A stretch of 64,000 nt of DNA from Candidatus Eiseniibacteriota bacterium (GTDB taxonomy: Bacteria; Eisenbacteria; RBG-16-71-46; CAIMUX01; VGJL01), in assembly GCA_963792585.1 (NCBI GenBank), contig CAWBWI010000006.1:1006009-1070008 (forward strand), read 5' to 3'. This document shows, piece by piece, positions 9,653-20,314 of this stretch (positions are counted from its first letter, which is position 1; every line of letters begins with the position of its first letter). The position numbers and the translations under genes were made by a program. The notes under the pieces are model-generated. The model was not told the DNA's origin, made no database searches, and saw nothing but the letters and a program-made list of their open reading frames with translations.

Positions 9653-10483
9653 TCAGACCGATCGGACCCGAACTTCCCTCCGGGGCCGCACGGCCGGTCG
9701 CTCCGCGGGCCATCCCAGCGGCGTCACCGTGACCAGGTAGCGCTCCTTCGGAATCCCGAGGACTTCTTTCGCGTCCTCGCGATTCAGCGCGCCGATCCAG
9801 CAAGTGCCGAGGCCGCGCGCCCACGCGGCGAGCATCAGATGATAGGCCGCGATGCAGCCGTCCTCGATCGGCAGAGGCGAGGCTCCGGGGTCGCTCACGA
9901 TCGCCACGGCCATGGGCGCGCCCCCGATCGGATCGGACGAGCCGGGACGCACCAGGGCCAGGCGATCGAGGATTGCGCGGTCCCTGACCACAACGTACTC
10001 CACCGGCTGCGAGTTGCGCGCCGACGGCGCGAACCGGCAGCTCTCGAGCACGGCCGTCAACGTGGCCTCGTCGACCGCGCGTCCGGTGAACTGCCGCACG
10101 CTCCGGCGGGTGTGGAGCAGTTGCTCGCCGTCCAGGTACGGATCGAGATCGTGCTCGAAGGACTGGAACTCGAGCCGCCTTCCCTCCGGATCGCGACCGA
10201 AGAAGTGGTAGATCCGGTACTTCTCGTCGAGCCTGGGAGCTGCATCCGCGATCGGAGCAAGGCGAGCATGGGCCGCATCGACGCCCGTGCGGTCGGGATA
10301 GAAGACCGTGATCATCGCATCGACATCCGCCTTGCCCGTCGCGTGGAAGCCGACCTTGAGATTGCCGTGGGACAGGATCAGGCAGTCTGCCTGGTCGAGC
10401 CACTCACGCATCCCGACTTCGTCCGTGTAGAAGCGCCGGAGCTTCTCGAGTTCGTTCGTCGCGAAGAAGACGATTCCCGACAT
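9653..10483 (-). CDS. VOC/glyoxalase-like plus nitroreductase fusion protein
   Basis: N-terminal FYTDEVG...FFGRDPEGRRLEF (VOC). C-terminal RRSVRQF, APSARNSQP, LMLAAWARGLGTCW (nitroreductase). Confidence 0.85.
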   Translation of the reverse strand: MSGIVFFATNELEKLRRFYTDEVGMREWLDQADCLILSHGNLKVGFHATGKADVDAMITVFYPDRTGVDAAHARLAPIADAAPRLDEKYRIYHFFGRDPEGRRLEFQSFEHDLDPYLDGEQLLHTRRSVRQFTGRAVDEATLTAVLESCRFAPSARNSQPVEYVVVRDRAILDRLALVRPGSSDPIGGAPMAVAIVSDPGASPLPIEDGCIAAYHLMLAAWARGLGTCWIGALNREDAKEVLGIPKERYLVTVTPLGWPAERPAVRPRREVRVRSV

Positions 10484-10504
10484 CGTTCCCTTCCTCCCGG
10501 AGGC

Positions 10505-10699
10505 TCAGTCCTTGTTCTGGTTCCGCTCCTTCCGCGCAGGCGGCCCCTCCCGCTTCAGGCGCCCCTCGTCCTCGAGAACGCGGCGCAGGACGAACTCGAT
10601 CTGGCCGTTCAGGCTTCTGAGATCGGCATCCGCCCACCGCTGCAGCGCCTCGAGGATCGAGGGATCGATCCGCAGCAGGAAACTCTTCCGCGCCGCCAC
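10505..10699 (-). CDS. Arc/ribbon-helix-helix DNA-binding protein
   Basis: KSFLLRIDPSILEALQRWADADLRSLNGQIEFVL, typical of the RHH genes that follow SPFH genes. Confidence 0.85.
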   Translation of the reverse strand: MAARKSFLLRIDPSILEALQRWADADLRSLNGQIEFVLRRVLEDEGRLKREGPPARKERNQNKD

Positions 10700-10711
10700 G
10701 TCCGTTCCCTT

Positions 10712-11581
10712 CTATGTGTAGAGGGTGCCGGTGTTGACGACAGGCTGGGTGTGGGCGTTGCTGCAGAGCACGACGAGCAGATTGGAGACCATCGCCGCCT
10801 TGCGCTCCTCGTCGAGTTCCACGACCTTCCGCTCCGACAGCTTGTCGAGGGCCATCTCGACCATCCCGACCGCCCCTTCGACGATCTTCTGCCGCGCGGC
10901 GATGATCGCCGTGGCCTGCTGGCGCTGGAGCATCGCGCTCGCGATTTCGGGCGCGTAGGCCAGATGGCTGATCCGCGCCTCGATCACCTCGACGCCGGCC
11001 TTGGACAATCGCGTCTGCACCTCCACCTTGAGCTGCTCGGCAATCTCGGCCGGATTCGCCCGCAGCGACGGCTCCCCTTCGGCGTGCGAGTCGTAGGGGT
11101 GGGTCGTCGCGAGATTTCGCACGGCGGCTTCGGTCTGCACCTTGATGAAGTTCTCGTAACTGTCGACCTCGAACATCGCCTCGGCCGTGTCGACGACCCT
11201 CCAGACGACGATCGCGCCGATCTCGATCGGGTTGCCGATCGAGTCGTTGACCTTCAACTTGGCGCTCTCGAAGTTCCGGATCCGAAGGCTCAGCGTCCGT
11301 CGCGTGAAGAACGGACTCATCCAGCGCAGTCCCGCCGTTTTCGACGTGCCCACGTAACTGCCGAAGAGCTGCGCAACCGCGCCTTCGTTCGGGTTCAGGA
11401 CAAAGAGCCCCGCCATGAGGAAAAGAACGACGAACATTGCGATGACGCCGATGACCCCCATTACCGGATGCGAGGACTTCGCCGCGGTGACGATCCAGTA
11501 GATCGTTCCGGCCAGAGCGGCGAGCAACACGAACAGAACCGGATAGCCGGAAACCGTCTTCAACTCACGTTCACGGACCAT
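10712..11581 (-). CDS. SPFH (band 7) domain membrane protein
   Basis: Two N-terminal TM helices, [46 protein letters not shown]. Confidence 0.9.
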   Translation of the reverse strand: MVRERELKTVSGYPVLFVLLAALAGTIYWIVTAAKSSHPVMGVIGVIAMFVVLFLMAGLFVLNPNEGAVAQLFGSYVGTSKTAGLRWMSPFFTRRTLSLRIRNFESAKLKVNDSIGNPIEIGAIVVWRVVDTAEAMFEVDSYENFIKVQTEAAVRNLATTHPYDSHAEGEPSLRANPAEIAEQLKVEVQTRLSKAGVEVIEARISHLAYAPEIASAMLQRQQATAIIAARQKIVEGAVGMVEMALDKLSERKVVELDEERKAAMVSNLLVVLCSNAHTQPVVNTGTLYT

Positions 11582-11600
11582 GGGAACCCTCCTTTACTGA

Positions 11601-11639
11601 GATATCAATATGATATCACTGCGATATCATTCCAGTCAA
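11601..11639 (-). promoter_or_regulatory. Sigma70 promoter with triple GATATC operator for the SPFH-RHH operon
   Basis: TTGACT-N18-TATCAT with an extended TG. GATATC at 11601, 11612 and 11623 (exact 11-bp period). Confidence 0.7.
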
Positions 11640-11650
11640 GAGGGATAACA

Positions 11651-11678
11651 GGAAGGGGCGGCCGGAGCCGCCCCTTCC
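11651..11678 (-). terminator. GC-rich hairpin, probable terminator after the FG-GAP gene
   Basis: GGAAGGGGCGGC-CGGA-GCCGCCCCTTCC perfect 12-bp stem, followed by TGTTAT on the minus strand. Confidence 0.55.
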
Positions 11679-11709
11679 GGGCTGCGCAATCTGTGAGACC
11701 TGCTCGCCG

Positions 11710-13443
11710 TCAGGGTAGCCGCAGTAACCGACCTCCCGCGCTGCGCTCAACACCTTGCGTCTGAAACAGATAGACTCCTGGGGCAGCCGGACGACCGGCC
11801 CGGGTCCGGCCGTCCCAGACCGCGGCGGCCCCGCCATCGGAGCCGATCTCGAGAGGGATTGTTCGGATGAGCGCCCCGTTCACCGCGTAGATCGATACCT
11901 CCCTGCCGGGGGAGACGCCCGGGGCGAGCTCGATCCGCGCCCCATCGCGCGTTGGATTCGGCCAGAGCCGAAGCCCCTGAGGCCGCGAGGTTGGATCCTC
12001 GACCCCTGCCGGGACGGCCTCATCCACGGTGATCCTCTGGGGAACCGGGACGTTCGGAATGCGCTGCACGATGTGGTTCCCGCCCGAGCCGGGCCACGTG
12101 ATCTGCAGATCGACCGCGGTCATGGCCCCGATGCCGAAGAAGGCTTCGATCGGGTTCTGCGAGGAAAACCCGCCGTGGGCCTCGATCTCCCTGAAGCCGA
12201 GCAGGTGAGCCGGCTGCCCGACGAAGCCGGCATCATAGATCGCGACCTTCGCGCCGACACCGTCGCGGTTCGAGTAGCCGAGTCCCCGATCATGGCGGTG
12301 GCCGACCAGTCGAACGCTCAGCGATCGGCCATCATTCAGGTTGTTCACGTATAGATAGTTCTGCCCGGGCGTGTGCTCGTTGCCGATCCCCGCATCGAGA
12401 TCGCCGTCGGCGTCGCAGTCGGCCCATGCGATCGAATCCGTGCTGCCCAGTCCCAATTCGGCCAGCTCCGTGAAGGTCCCGTCCCCGTTGTTCAGATAGA
12501 TGTAGTTCTGATCGGCGCTGGTGAAGTCCCCATTGCCGACGGAAACATCCAGGTCTCCGTCGTTGTCGACATCGGCCCAGACGATCGTATTCGTGTCCCG
12601 CGATCCGAACTGAGCCTGCCCCGTGAAGGTGCCGTCGCCGTTGTTCACGTACAGGGCACAACCGTGCGCGTCCCAGTTGCCGACGGCCATGTCGAGGTCC
12701 CCGTCGTTGTCGCAATCGCCCCAGGCAAGACTCGCCGTGTCACTCGACCCGAACTCCGCCCGCTCGGTGAACGTGCCGTTGCCGTTGTTGACATAGAGGT
12801 AGTTTTGTCCGATGAAGCCGAAGCCTCCGTTCCCGACGGCCATGTCCAGGTCGCCGTCATTGTCGAAGTCGCCCCAGACGAGCGAGTCGGTCTGCCCCAG
12901 CCCGAACTGCAGCTGCTGGGTGAAGGTCCCGTCGCCGTTGTTGATGTAGAGATAATTCTGTTCCGATACGCCGAGGATCCCGTTTCCGACCGCAAGATCC
13001 AGATCCCCGTCGTTGTCGGAATCCCCCCAGGCGACTGCGATCGTCCGCTTCAGACCGAATTGGGATTGCTGGGTGAACGTACCGCTCCCGTTGTTGACGA
13101 AGAGGTAGTTCTGCTGGTTGCTGCCGCGGCCGACGGCCATGTCCAGGTCACCGTCATTGTCGAAGTCCGCCCCGGCAACGGCGAAGGTGGCGCCGCTTCC
13201 GAACTGGGCCTGCTGGGTGTAGCTGCCGTCCCCGTTGTTGACGAAAAGGGCGTTCGCCCCACCGTTGTGCCCCACGGCAAGGTCGACCCTTCCGTCGTTG
13301 TTGAAGTCCCCCCACGCAATCGGGATCGTGGTGCCGCTCCCGAACTGGAGTTGCTGGGTGAAATCCGCAAACGCATCCGCCGGCGCGAGTATCGCCAACG
13401 CGCCGAGGCAGATGAGAGCCGCAACCGACCGGGATGCCTGCAT
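11710..13443 (-). CDS. Secreted FG-GAP/VCBS 7-repeat beta-propeller plus ASPIC/UnbV plus FlgD-Ig/T9SS-like domain (CRTAC1-like)
   Basis: Signal peptide, seven (W)GD(F)DNDGDLD repeats, NRDGVGAKV...GGFSSQN...ITWPGSG, and a C-terminal WPNP...WDGR...GVY. Confidence 0.85.
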   Translation of the reverse strand: MQASRSVAALICLGALAILAPADAFADFTQQLQFGSGTTIPIAWGDFNNDGRVDLAVGHNGGANALFVNNGDGSYTQQAQFGSGATFAVAGADFDNDGDLDMAVGRGSNQQNYLFVNNGSGTFTQQSQFGLKRTIAVAWGDSDNDGDLDLAVGNGILGVSEQNYLYINNGDGTFTQQLQFGLGQTDSLVWGDFDNDGDLDMAVGNGGFGFIGQNYLYVNNGNGTFTERAEFGSSDTASLAWGDCDNDGDLDMAVGNWDAHGCALYVNNGDGTFTGQAQFGSRDTNTIVWADVDNDGDLDVSVGNGDFTSADQNYIYLNNGDGTFTELAELGLGSTDSIAWADCDADGDLDAGIGNEHTPGQNYLYVNNLNDGRSLSVRLVGHRHDRGLGYSNRDGVGAKVAIYDAGFVGQPAHLLGFREIEAHGGFSSQNPIEAFFGIGAMTAVDLQITWPGSGGNHIVQRIPNVPVPQRITVDEAVPAGVEDPTSRPQGLRLWPNPTRDGARIELAPGVSPGREVSIYAVNGALIRTIPLEIGSDGGAAAVWDGRTRAGRPAAPGVYLFQTQGVERSAGGRLLRLP

Positions 13444-13502
13444 GATCGCCTCCTGCTTTCTTTCGGAAGTCCAGGCTCAACCCCGTCGAGCAATGGACAA
13501 CG

Positions 13503-13620
13503 ATTTCTAGAAATATAACATCGGGCATGAGCCGGATCAAGGCCCTCGTAATAGCCGGTGATGCAATATGTTATGAGCGTTCTATTGACGCCCGTCCTGT
13601 GTTATTATATTTCTAGAAAT
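13503..13620. promoter_or_regulatory. Two copies of the palindrome ATTTCTAGAAAT in a divergent promoter region
   Basis: 13503-13514 and 13609-13620. The two sites extend to a 16-bp inverted repeat (ATTTCTAGAAATATAA). TTGACG at 13585. Confidence 0.7.
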
Positions 13621-13703
13621 GGCCAAACTGACGGGGTTGCCCCCCTCAGGTGCGCGCTGGTAGGCTGCCCTGGCCGTCACTCCGGGATCATGGAGGTTCG
13701 TCC

Positions 13704-15281
13704 GTGAGTCTGCTTCGCCCGCCCGAGTCCCTGCCGCGGGACTACACCGAGATCTGGAAGGCCTTGCGCGACGCGGACGGCCGGGCGACTTCGCGACAGG
13801 CGCTCGCCGAGCAACTCGGCGTGTCGACACACACCCTGCAACGGATCCTGGTCCGCGGCGACGTACCGGTCTTCTCGGATGCGACAAGCACCCGCGTCGT
13901 CCACTCCTGGACCCGCACTCTCACCCGTGTCGCCTCGCGCCTCGGCTTCCAGCCTCGAGCGTGGATCGAGAGTGTCGGCATCCCATGGACCGCGGAGATC
14001 CGCAAGATCTCGGACCAATCGATCCAAGGCGCGCGCGCGACGCGCCTGCGCTCCGAGAAACGCGCTCCCGTCGGCGACACAACGGGCGGCGTGCTTCGCG
14101 TGGGCATCGTGGATCGTCCCACTTTCGGGGCCTTCCTGACCGACGCCGGCGGCTCCTTCCTCGAGGCCGCCATCCGGCGCATTCTCCATTCCATCGACCC
14201 GGCGGCGAGAATTCAGATCGAGCTGACACGGGAAGACGAGGCGCTCGCCGAGATGGAGCGCCCGACCTCCCGCTTCGACCTTGCGGCCGGCGTTCTCGAT
14301 ACGACCGCCCGGCGGCGGCGAGGACTCGACTTCGTCGCGATCCCAGGCTGGAATGTGCGTCTCGACGCAGTTTGCGTCGCTCGGCGAGAGCTCGCCTCGA
14401 GCCTCTCCCGCTGGAGCGCCTGGATCGGGCCGACCTGCACGGTTCCGATCCTCGCGGCGGATGGCAGCGCCGCCCACGCGTACATCTCCGGCGCTTCGGG
14501 CCTCCCCGAGCCGCGGCTGCGCATCCTCCCGTCGAGCGACGGAATTGCCAACGCACGCGCGCTCATCGAGGAAGCGCGGCACAGCCCCGAGGGAGCGGCC
14601 ATCCTCGTGTGTGACGGCGATTCGATCGGCGGTCCCCCAAGCGTGGGGGTGACGGAGATCCTCGAGGGGGACACGGAACTCGCCCGCGCGTTTGCGATCG
14701 TCTCGATGGGGGACGCCGCCGCGGCGCCCGCATTCCCCATCGCGATCGCCGCGATCGACAATGGTCCGATTCCCACACACCTCATGCGACGCGTCATGGA
14801 GCACGAGCTCTTCCGCGTCGGCGCCATCGCCACGGCCCATCTCTATGCGACATTGGCAGCGTCGTTCCACCGGGCGATCGAGGACTTCCCGCAGGCGAAT
14901 CCCGTCTTCCGTCAATCGGTCTGCGACTTCCTGGTGGCCCTCGTCCGCCCGCCCGAGTATGCACGCACCCTGATCCCGATCGCGTGGCATCCGCATCTCG
15001 ACGCGGCGCTGCGCGGGGAACTCGATCCGACGCGGCTTTCCGTTTCACCGCACCAGTGCCAGTCCTGCTCCGCGTCTCTCGACGACGGCGTGCACGGAGG
15101 TGTCTCGGACCACTACTGCCGGTTCTGTTCCGACGAGCAGGGACGCCTCCGGCCGCGCGAGCAGGTGCAGGGGGTGATCGCGCGCTGGCTGCAGGGCTGG
15201 CAGGGGGGAATCCCCGAGCAGGAGGCGATGCGGCGCGCAGCGGTCTTCATGCAGGCGATGCCCGCCTGGAGTCACAACTAG
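13704..15281 (+). CDS. Putative regulator: N-terminal HTH, substrate-binding-like middle, C-terminal zinc ribbon (Zn_ribbon_2-like)
   Basis: SD GGAGG before GTG 13704. SRQALAEQLGVSTHTLQRIL (HTH), LRVGIVDRPTF (PBP-like), CQSC...YCRFC...MPAW. Confidence 0.65.
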   Translation: MSLLRPPESLPRDYTEIWKALRDADGRATSRQALAEQLGVSTHTLQRILVRGDVPVFSDATSTRVVHSWTRTLTRVASRLGFQPRAWIESVGIPWTAEIRKISDQSIQGARATRLRSEKRAPVGDTTGGVLRVGIVDRPTFGAFLTDAGGSFLEAAIRRILHSIDPAARIQIELTREDEALAEMERPTSRFDLAAGVLDTTARRRRGLDFVAIPGWNVRLDAVCVARRELASSLSRWSAWIGPTCTVPILAADGSAAHAYISGASGLPEPRLRILPSSDGIANARALIEEARHSPEGAAILVCDGDSIGGPPSVGVTEILEGDTELARAFAIVSMGDAAAAPAFPIAIAAIDNGPIPTHLMRRVMEHELFRVGAIATAHLYATLAASFHRAIEDFPQANPVFRQSVCDFLVALVRPPEYARTLIPIAWHPHLDAALRGELDPTRLSVSPHQCQSCSASLDDGVHGGVSDHYCRFCSDEQGRLRPREQVQGVIARWLQGWQGGIPEQEAMRRAAVFMQAMPAWSHN

Positions 15282-15300
15282 ATCGAGGAACCTCCAAAGG

Positions 15301-15969
15301 TCAGATGGCGGTCGGCGGGAAGTAGGGAAGCAACACCGAAAGCTCCTCGGTATCGAGGGCGACGTCGCACACCCCGATCAACTCCTCGCAGCGCGAGTTC
15401 AGCGCGATCGCGAAACCCGCCTCCCGCGCAATCTCGACATCGTTGAACGCGTCGCCGACGAATGCGCACCGATCGAGCGGAATCCCCTCGCGCGCGGCGA
15501 TCTCCCGCAGGGCCCGGGCCTTTCCGTCGACGTCATACGGCGTGGCGGCCCACCCGGTCAGTCGTCCCGACGCATCGAAGTGGAGCCGGTTGACGAAGAC
15601 ATCGTCGAAGGGATGGTCCGGGAAGAGGGTGTCGAGCACGATGTCGAGGGTGCCCGAGACCACGGCGAGCTTGTAGCCGCGCCGCTTCAGCTCTGCGAGA
15701 CTCTCGCGGGCCCGGCCGATGAGGCGCAGATCGGTGATCGCCTCGAGGATTTCCGTCCGGGTGGCATGCACGCGCAGCCAGTCCCCGACGTCCAGAGCGA
15801 CCCACTCTGCGTAGGTGATCTCGCCGTCGCGGTACTTGAGGAAGCGGGAGTGGTTCGCCTCGTCCCCACCCGTGAAACGCGTGTTCAGGATCTCCCAGAC
15901 GATTCGCCCCTCGGGGTGGACCACCAAGGTCCCGTCGACATCGAAGCAGATGAGATCATACGGACGCAT
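15301..15969 (-). CDS. HAD-IB phosphoserine phosphatase-like hydrolase
   Basis: FDVDGTL, VVSG, K, and GDAFND motifs. Confidence 0.85.
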   Translation of the reverse strand: MRPYDLICFDVDGTLVVHPEGRIVWEILNTRFTGGDEANHSRFLKYRDGEITYAEWVALDVGDWLRVHATRTEILEAITDLRLIGRARESLAELKRRGYKLAVVSGTLDIVLDTLFPDHPFDDVFVNRLHFDASGRLTGWAATPYDVDGKARALREIAAREGIPLDRCAFVGDAFNDVEIAREAGFAIALNSRCEELIGVCDVALDTEELSVLLPYFPPTAI

Positions 15970-16134
15970 CGGCCCTCCCGGCGCCAGCATACCGATCGCC
16001 CCATGGCCCTGCACGATCGGCTTCTCTTCTGGTAACCATCTTGTGAATTTTGATATTCTTATAACGCTGTCGCATGAATGGCGGAGATGTCGGATCTCCC
16101 GCCCGGGCTCAACCACGCCGGAGGCAATTCCTAT

Positions 16135-18749
16135 ATGACGCGGCCCATGACGATCCTCACCCTCGTCCTAGCCCTGAGCACCATCGCCCTGGCTCCGCCG
16201 GCGGCGGCCGCCCCCGCCCCCGGGCTGGAGGTCTGGTCCCCCGGAGATCCCGACCCGACCATTCCCTTCTCGGATCGGTTTCCCGTCGCCGTCCAGACGA
16301 CGACGGAGTCCGACGCGAGGGTGATCGTCGCCACGGGGATCGACGTCGAGGACGTGCGGCGATACGAGGGCGGCTGGATCGTCCGGGCGAACATCGATGA
16401 GGCGGAGCTCGCCTCGCTCGCCGGCCCGAGCCGGGAGATCGTTCGGCTCCGGAATCTGGCGCTCGAGTCGGCGCGGGCGGAGGGCCGGGATCGTGCATGG
16501 CCGACCTGGGCGGAATACGAGGCGAGCCTCCAGCAGATTGCGCAGGATCATCCGACGATCGTCCGTCTGCTATCCATCGGCCAGACGGTGCAGGGTCGGC
16601 AGATGTGGATTCTCAAGATCACGGACAACCCCGACGTCAACGAGGACGAGCCCGAGTTCAAGTACACCTCCAGCCTTCACGGCGACGAGGTCACGGGGAT
16701 GGAGATGTGCCGCCGCCTGGCGGGCCTCCTGACCGACGGCTACGGCGTCGATCCGACGCTGACCGACTACGTCAACAACGCGGAGATCTGGATCCAGCCG
16801 ATGAGCAACCCCGACGGTTTCGTCGCGGTCTCCCGCTACAACGCGAGCGGCATCGATCTGAACCGCGACTTCCCCGATCCGGTCAACGACCCGGTGGACA
16901 ACCCTGCGGGGCGGGCGATCGAAACGCAAAATCTGATGAACTTCGGCTACGCCCACCGGTTCATTCTCTCGGCGAACTACCACGGCGGCGCGCTCGTCGT
17001 GAACTACCCATGGGACAGCTTCGTGGGATACACGCCGGACGACACCATGATCGAGAACTTCTCGCTCGGCTACGCCTTCCGGAACCCCCCGATGTGGAAC
17101 TCATCGGAGTTCCTCCACGGGGTCACCATCGGTTGGGCTTGGTACATCATCGACGGCGGGATGCAGGACTGGTGCTACAACTGGCGCAATGAGATCGACG
17201 TGACGATCGAGGTCTCGAACACGAAGCGCCCGAGCTGGACGCTGATGGACCAGTTCTGGACCGAGAACAAGGATGCGATGATCTGGTATCTCGCCCGCGT
17301 CTTCGTCGGCGTCCGTGGAATCGTGACCAACGCGGTGACCGGCCTGCCCGTCGACGCGACGGTCGATATCGTCCAGATCGGCAAGTCGATCCGCACCGAT
17401 GCATCGATCGGCGACTACCACCGGATGCTGGAGCCCGGGACCTACACCGTGAAGGTCGACGCGGCCGGGTACGTGTCGCAGCAGATCCCGAACGTGGTCG
17501 TCGTCGACGGCCCGGCAACGCGCCTGGACATCGCCCTCCAGCCGCTGCCGACCTACACGGTCAGCGGGACCGTGACGGAAGAGGGACCGGATCGCCGCTC
17601 GGCGGAACCGTCGAAGCGCGCCGCATCACCGACGGGCAGCTGGTCGGAACGGCGCCGACCGATCCCGCCACGGGCGCGTACGCGCTCTCCCTCCTGAGTT
17701 CGACCTATGACATCCGCGCGACGGCGCCGGGCCACGCTCCGGTGACGCGCCGCATGACCGTCGAACAGGATCGCACCGAGGACTTCGTGCTCGCGCTCAC
17801 CGCCAACAGGATCCTGATCGTGCGGGACGTGGTGGCGACCCGCATCGCGAGCGATCTCGCGAGTCTCGGGAACCTGACGACCGTCGAGGCCTCCAGCGTG
17901 ACCGATCCCGCATCCTGGTCCGGCTACCGCATGCTGGTCTGGAGCGCCGGATCCGCCGCGGACCCGGTCGCGGACGCCACGCGCCGGGCTGGATTGGAGA
18001 GCTATGTCGCAGCGGGCGGCACGCTGCTGATCGAGGGCGGACAGATCGGCTACGACGTCTTCCGCACGCCCGGCTATCCGACGTTCGGGGCGAATGTCCT
18101 GCACTGCTCGGCATGGGATGTGAGCAGCGCCGGACCGATCTCGATCGCGACAGGGCAGTCCGGGCACGCTCTGGTGACGACCCCGAATACGCTGCCGTCG
18201 CAGTACGCGATCAACTACACGGAAACCGGCGACGAGGACGCGGTTCGACCGCTCGCGAACGCCCTCATGATCTACAGGACCCAAGCCTATCCGAACGATG
18301 GCGGGATCATCGTCTATGACGACACGCCGGTCGATCCGGCCCGCGGCCAGATCGTCTACTATGCCTTCAACTACGACAGACTCACCGATACGGCGAACGC
18401 GGTGAGGCTTCTCGAGAACACGGTTGCCTACCTGAGCAGGACGAATCCGGCGGACGCCGGCGAGCCGGTTCCAACTCTCGCGGCGCTGCTCGGCCCGGCA
18501 TTCCCGAACCCAGCGCAGGGAACCGTCCGATTCCGGATCGATCCGCGGGCGGGGCGTTCGCTCCGAGCGGAGGTGATCGACCTGCAGGGGCGCGTGATTT
18601 GCGCGCTGGTCGTTGATGAGGCCGAAGGCGCGCTCACATGGGACGGGCGCACCGGTCTGGGCCGCGTGGCGCCGACGGGAATCTACTTCCTGAAAGCGCG
18701 CAGCGGCACGGAGGAGGCCGCCCGCAGCTTCCTCTGGATCCGTCCGTAG
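16135..18749 (+). CDS. Secreted M14 (N/E-type) zinc carboxypeptidase with regulatory-like repeats and FlgD-Ig domain; one frameshift near 17585
   Basis: HGDE, RYN, DLNRDFP, NYHGG, TIEVS. Adding one G at GAGGGACC (about 17583-17585) joins ORF 16078-17697 to 17742-18749 through TGSPLGGTVEARR...YDIRATAPGH. Confidence 0.85.
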
Positions 18750-18784
18750 GTGCGAGAGCACCAGCGGTCGACGACAAGCGGGGA

Positions 18785-20314
18785 CTAGCGGTCCAGGACG
18801 ATTCGTCCCTGGAGCGATCCTCCGTCGACGTGCACGAAGTAGACGCCGGGCGGGACCGCTCGACCCGAAGCGTCCCGTCCATTCCAGCGCGCCAGACCGG
18901 TGGGTCCGGGTTCGATCGTCCGGACGCGGCGACCCGCTGCGTCGACGACGACCATCCGGGAAAGCCCGCCGGTGTTGCCGAGCCTGAAGGAAACCCCCTG
19001 TCCGACCCGGGCGGGATTCGGGAAGAGTTCGAGGCGCCCTACCGTCAAGCCCGTGCCGTCGACGTCCGCAGTCTTGGGGCTCGCGACCCACGTCGCCATC
19101 CCGTCGAAGCGCCCGCTACCGAGTTGGCCCTCGTAGGGCCCATTCTCCGGGATTTGGTAGATCCCGACGACCCCGAGCCCGACGGTGCCGTAGACAGTCT
19201 GTACGCTTGCGTCGGGCTTCAGCGACAGGACGAGGGCGCACTGCCCGCTGACGAATGGCGCCGAGAAGGACGTCCCGGCTCCGATCGCATACTCCCCGTC
19301 GTAGAAGGGTGCCAGCACTCCATCCCCGGGCGCGGCGACGTCGACGGTCGATCCATAGCTCGTAAAGCTCGTCCGGACGTCGACGGAGTCGAGTGCCGCG
19401 ACGGAGACGACCTGAGGGTCGCTTGCGGGGTAGTAGACGGGATAGTCGGAACCGCCGTTGCCGGCCGCACCCACCATCGCGACCGACAAGTCGTAGGCCG
19501 CGCGGACCTCATGCCTGATGACCATGCACTCCTGGGTCAGCCCCAGGCTCAGGTTGATTACCTGCGCGCCATGCTCGACCGCATAGCGGATCCCCTTGGC
19601 GACATGGAAGGTCGTTCCACGACCTTCGTCGTCGAGGACCCGGATGGGCAGGATCCTCGCATTCGGGGCGACGAGGTGCACGATCCCGGCCACCATCGTT
19701 CCGTGGCCCGCCCCATCATCGGTCAAACCGTCGAGGTCATCATCGGCCCCGTTGGCCTCATCGAGTGGATCCGCGTCGTTATCCACGAAATCCCAGCCAT
19801 TCGGATCGATCGCGCCGTTGAAGGCCGGGTGATCGGGAAGCACCCCTGTGTCGATGACGGCGACCAGGACGCCGTCCCCCATCGTGTGGGACTGGATCTC
19901 GGCGAGACGGATCCGCGTGGTCAGGTGCTGGTCGAGATAATCCGTAATGGTCCCGCCTACGGCGGCGACCATCATCTGCCGCGTGCCCTCGGGGGTTTCG
20001 TTGTCCCACGAGTACTCGGCCTCGACCACGTTCGGATTCTGGCGGATCTGGTAGACATATTCGGCTTCGCTGCCGTCGGGGCACCGCAGCAGGTAGAGCG
20101 GCGGCAGAGAATCAAGCGTCGAGGTGCCATAGAGATCATTGATGACCGAAATCGGCGTCCCCGGAATGAGCTCCACCTGGAGTTGTCCGATTTCCCAGTC
20201 GTCCGCGAAGCTGCGCTTCGCCTCTGCGCCCATGAGCAATGCCACGAGTAAGGCGATGAGCGCGGGCACGAGGGTCAGGCGTCTGCGGCGAATGGAGATT
20301 GTCGAGCGATCCAT
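18785..20314 (-). CDS. Secreted S8 subtilase #2 with C-terminal FlgD-Ig/T9SS-like domain
   Basis: SD GGAGG, signal peptide, VIDTG / HGTMVAG / GTSFSAP. Closely parallels S8 #1 (TPE.RQM, PY.G.LGSGR). Confidence 0.9.
   Translation of the reverse strand: MDRSTISIRRRRLTLVPALIALLVALLMGAEAKRSFADDWEIGQLQVELIPGTPISVINDLYGTSTLDSLPPLYLLRCPDGSEAEYVYQIRQNPNVVEAEYSWDNETPEGTRQMMVAAVGGTITDYLDQHLTTRIRLAEIQSHTMGDGVLVAVIDTGVLPDHPAFNGAIDPNGWDFVDNDADPLDEANGADDDLDGLTDDGAGHGTMVAGIVHLVAPNARILPIRVLDDEGRGTTFHVAKGIRYAVEHGAQVINLSLGLTQECMVIRHEVRAAYDLSVAMVGAAGNGGSDYPVYYPASDPQVVSVAALDSVDVRTSFTSYGSTVDVAAPGDGVLAPFYDGEYAIGAGTSFSAPFVSGQCALVLSLKPDASVQTVYGTVGLGVVGIYQIPENGPYEGQLGSGRFDGMATWVASPKTADVDGTGLTVGRLELFPNPARVGQGVSFRLGNTGGLSRMVVVDAAGRRVRTIEPGPTGLARWNGRDASGRAVPPGVYFVHVDGGSLQGRIVLDR

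Noticed and set aside
12350..13370. Regularly spaced DNA repeats resembling an array
   Set aside because: They are the coding FG-GAP repeats. There is no invariant repeat with unique spacers and no cas gene, so this is not CRISPR.
17580..17745. Programmed frameshift or split gene in the M14 carboxypeptidase
   Set aside because: A single missing G in a short G run with no slippery heptamer. Most simply a sequencing error.
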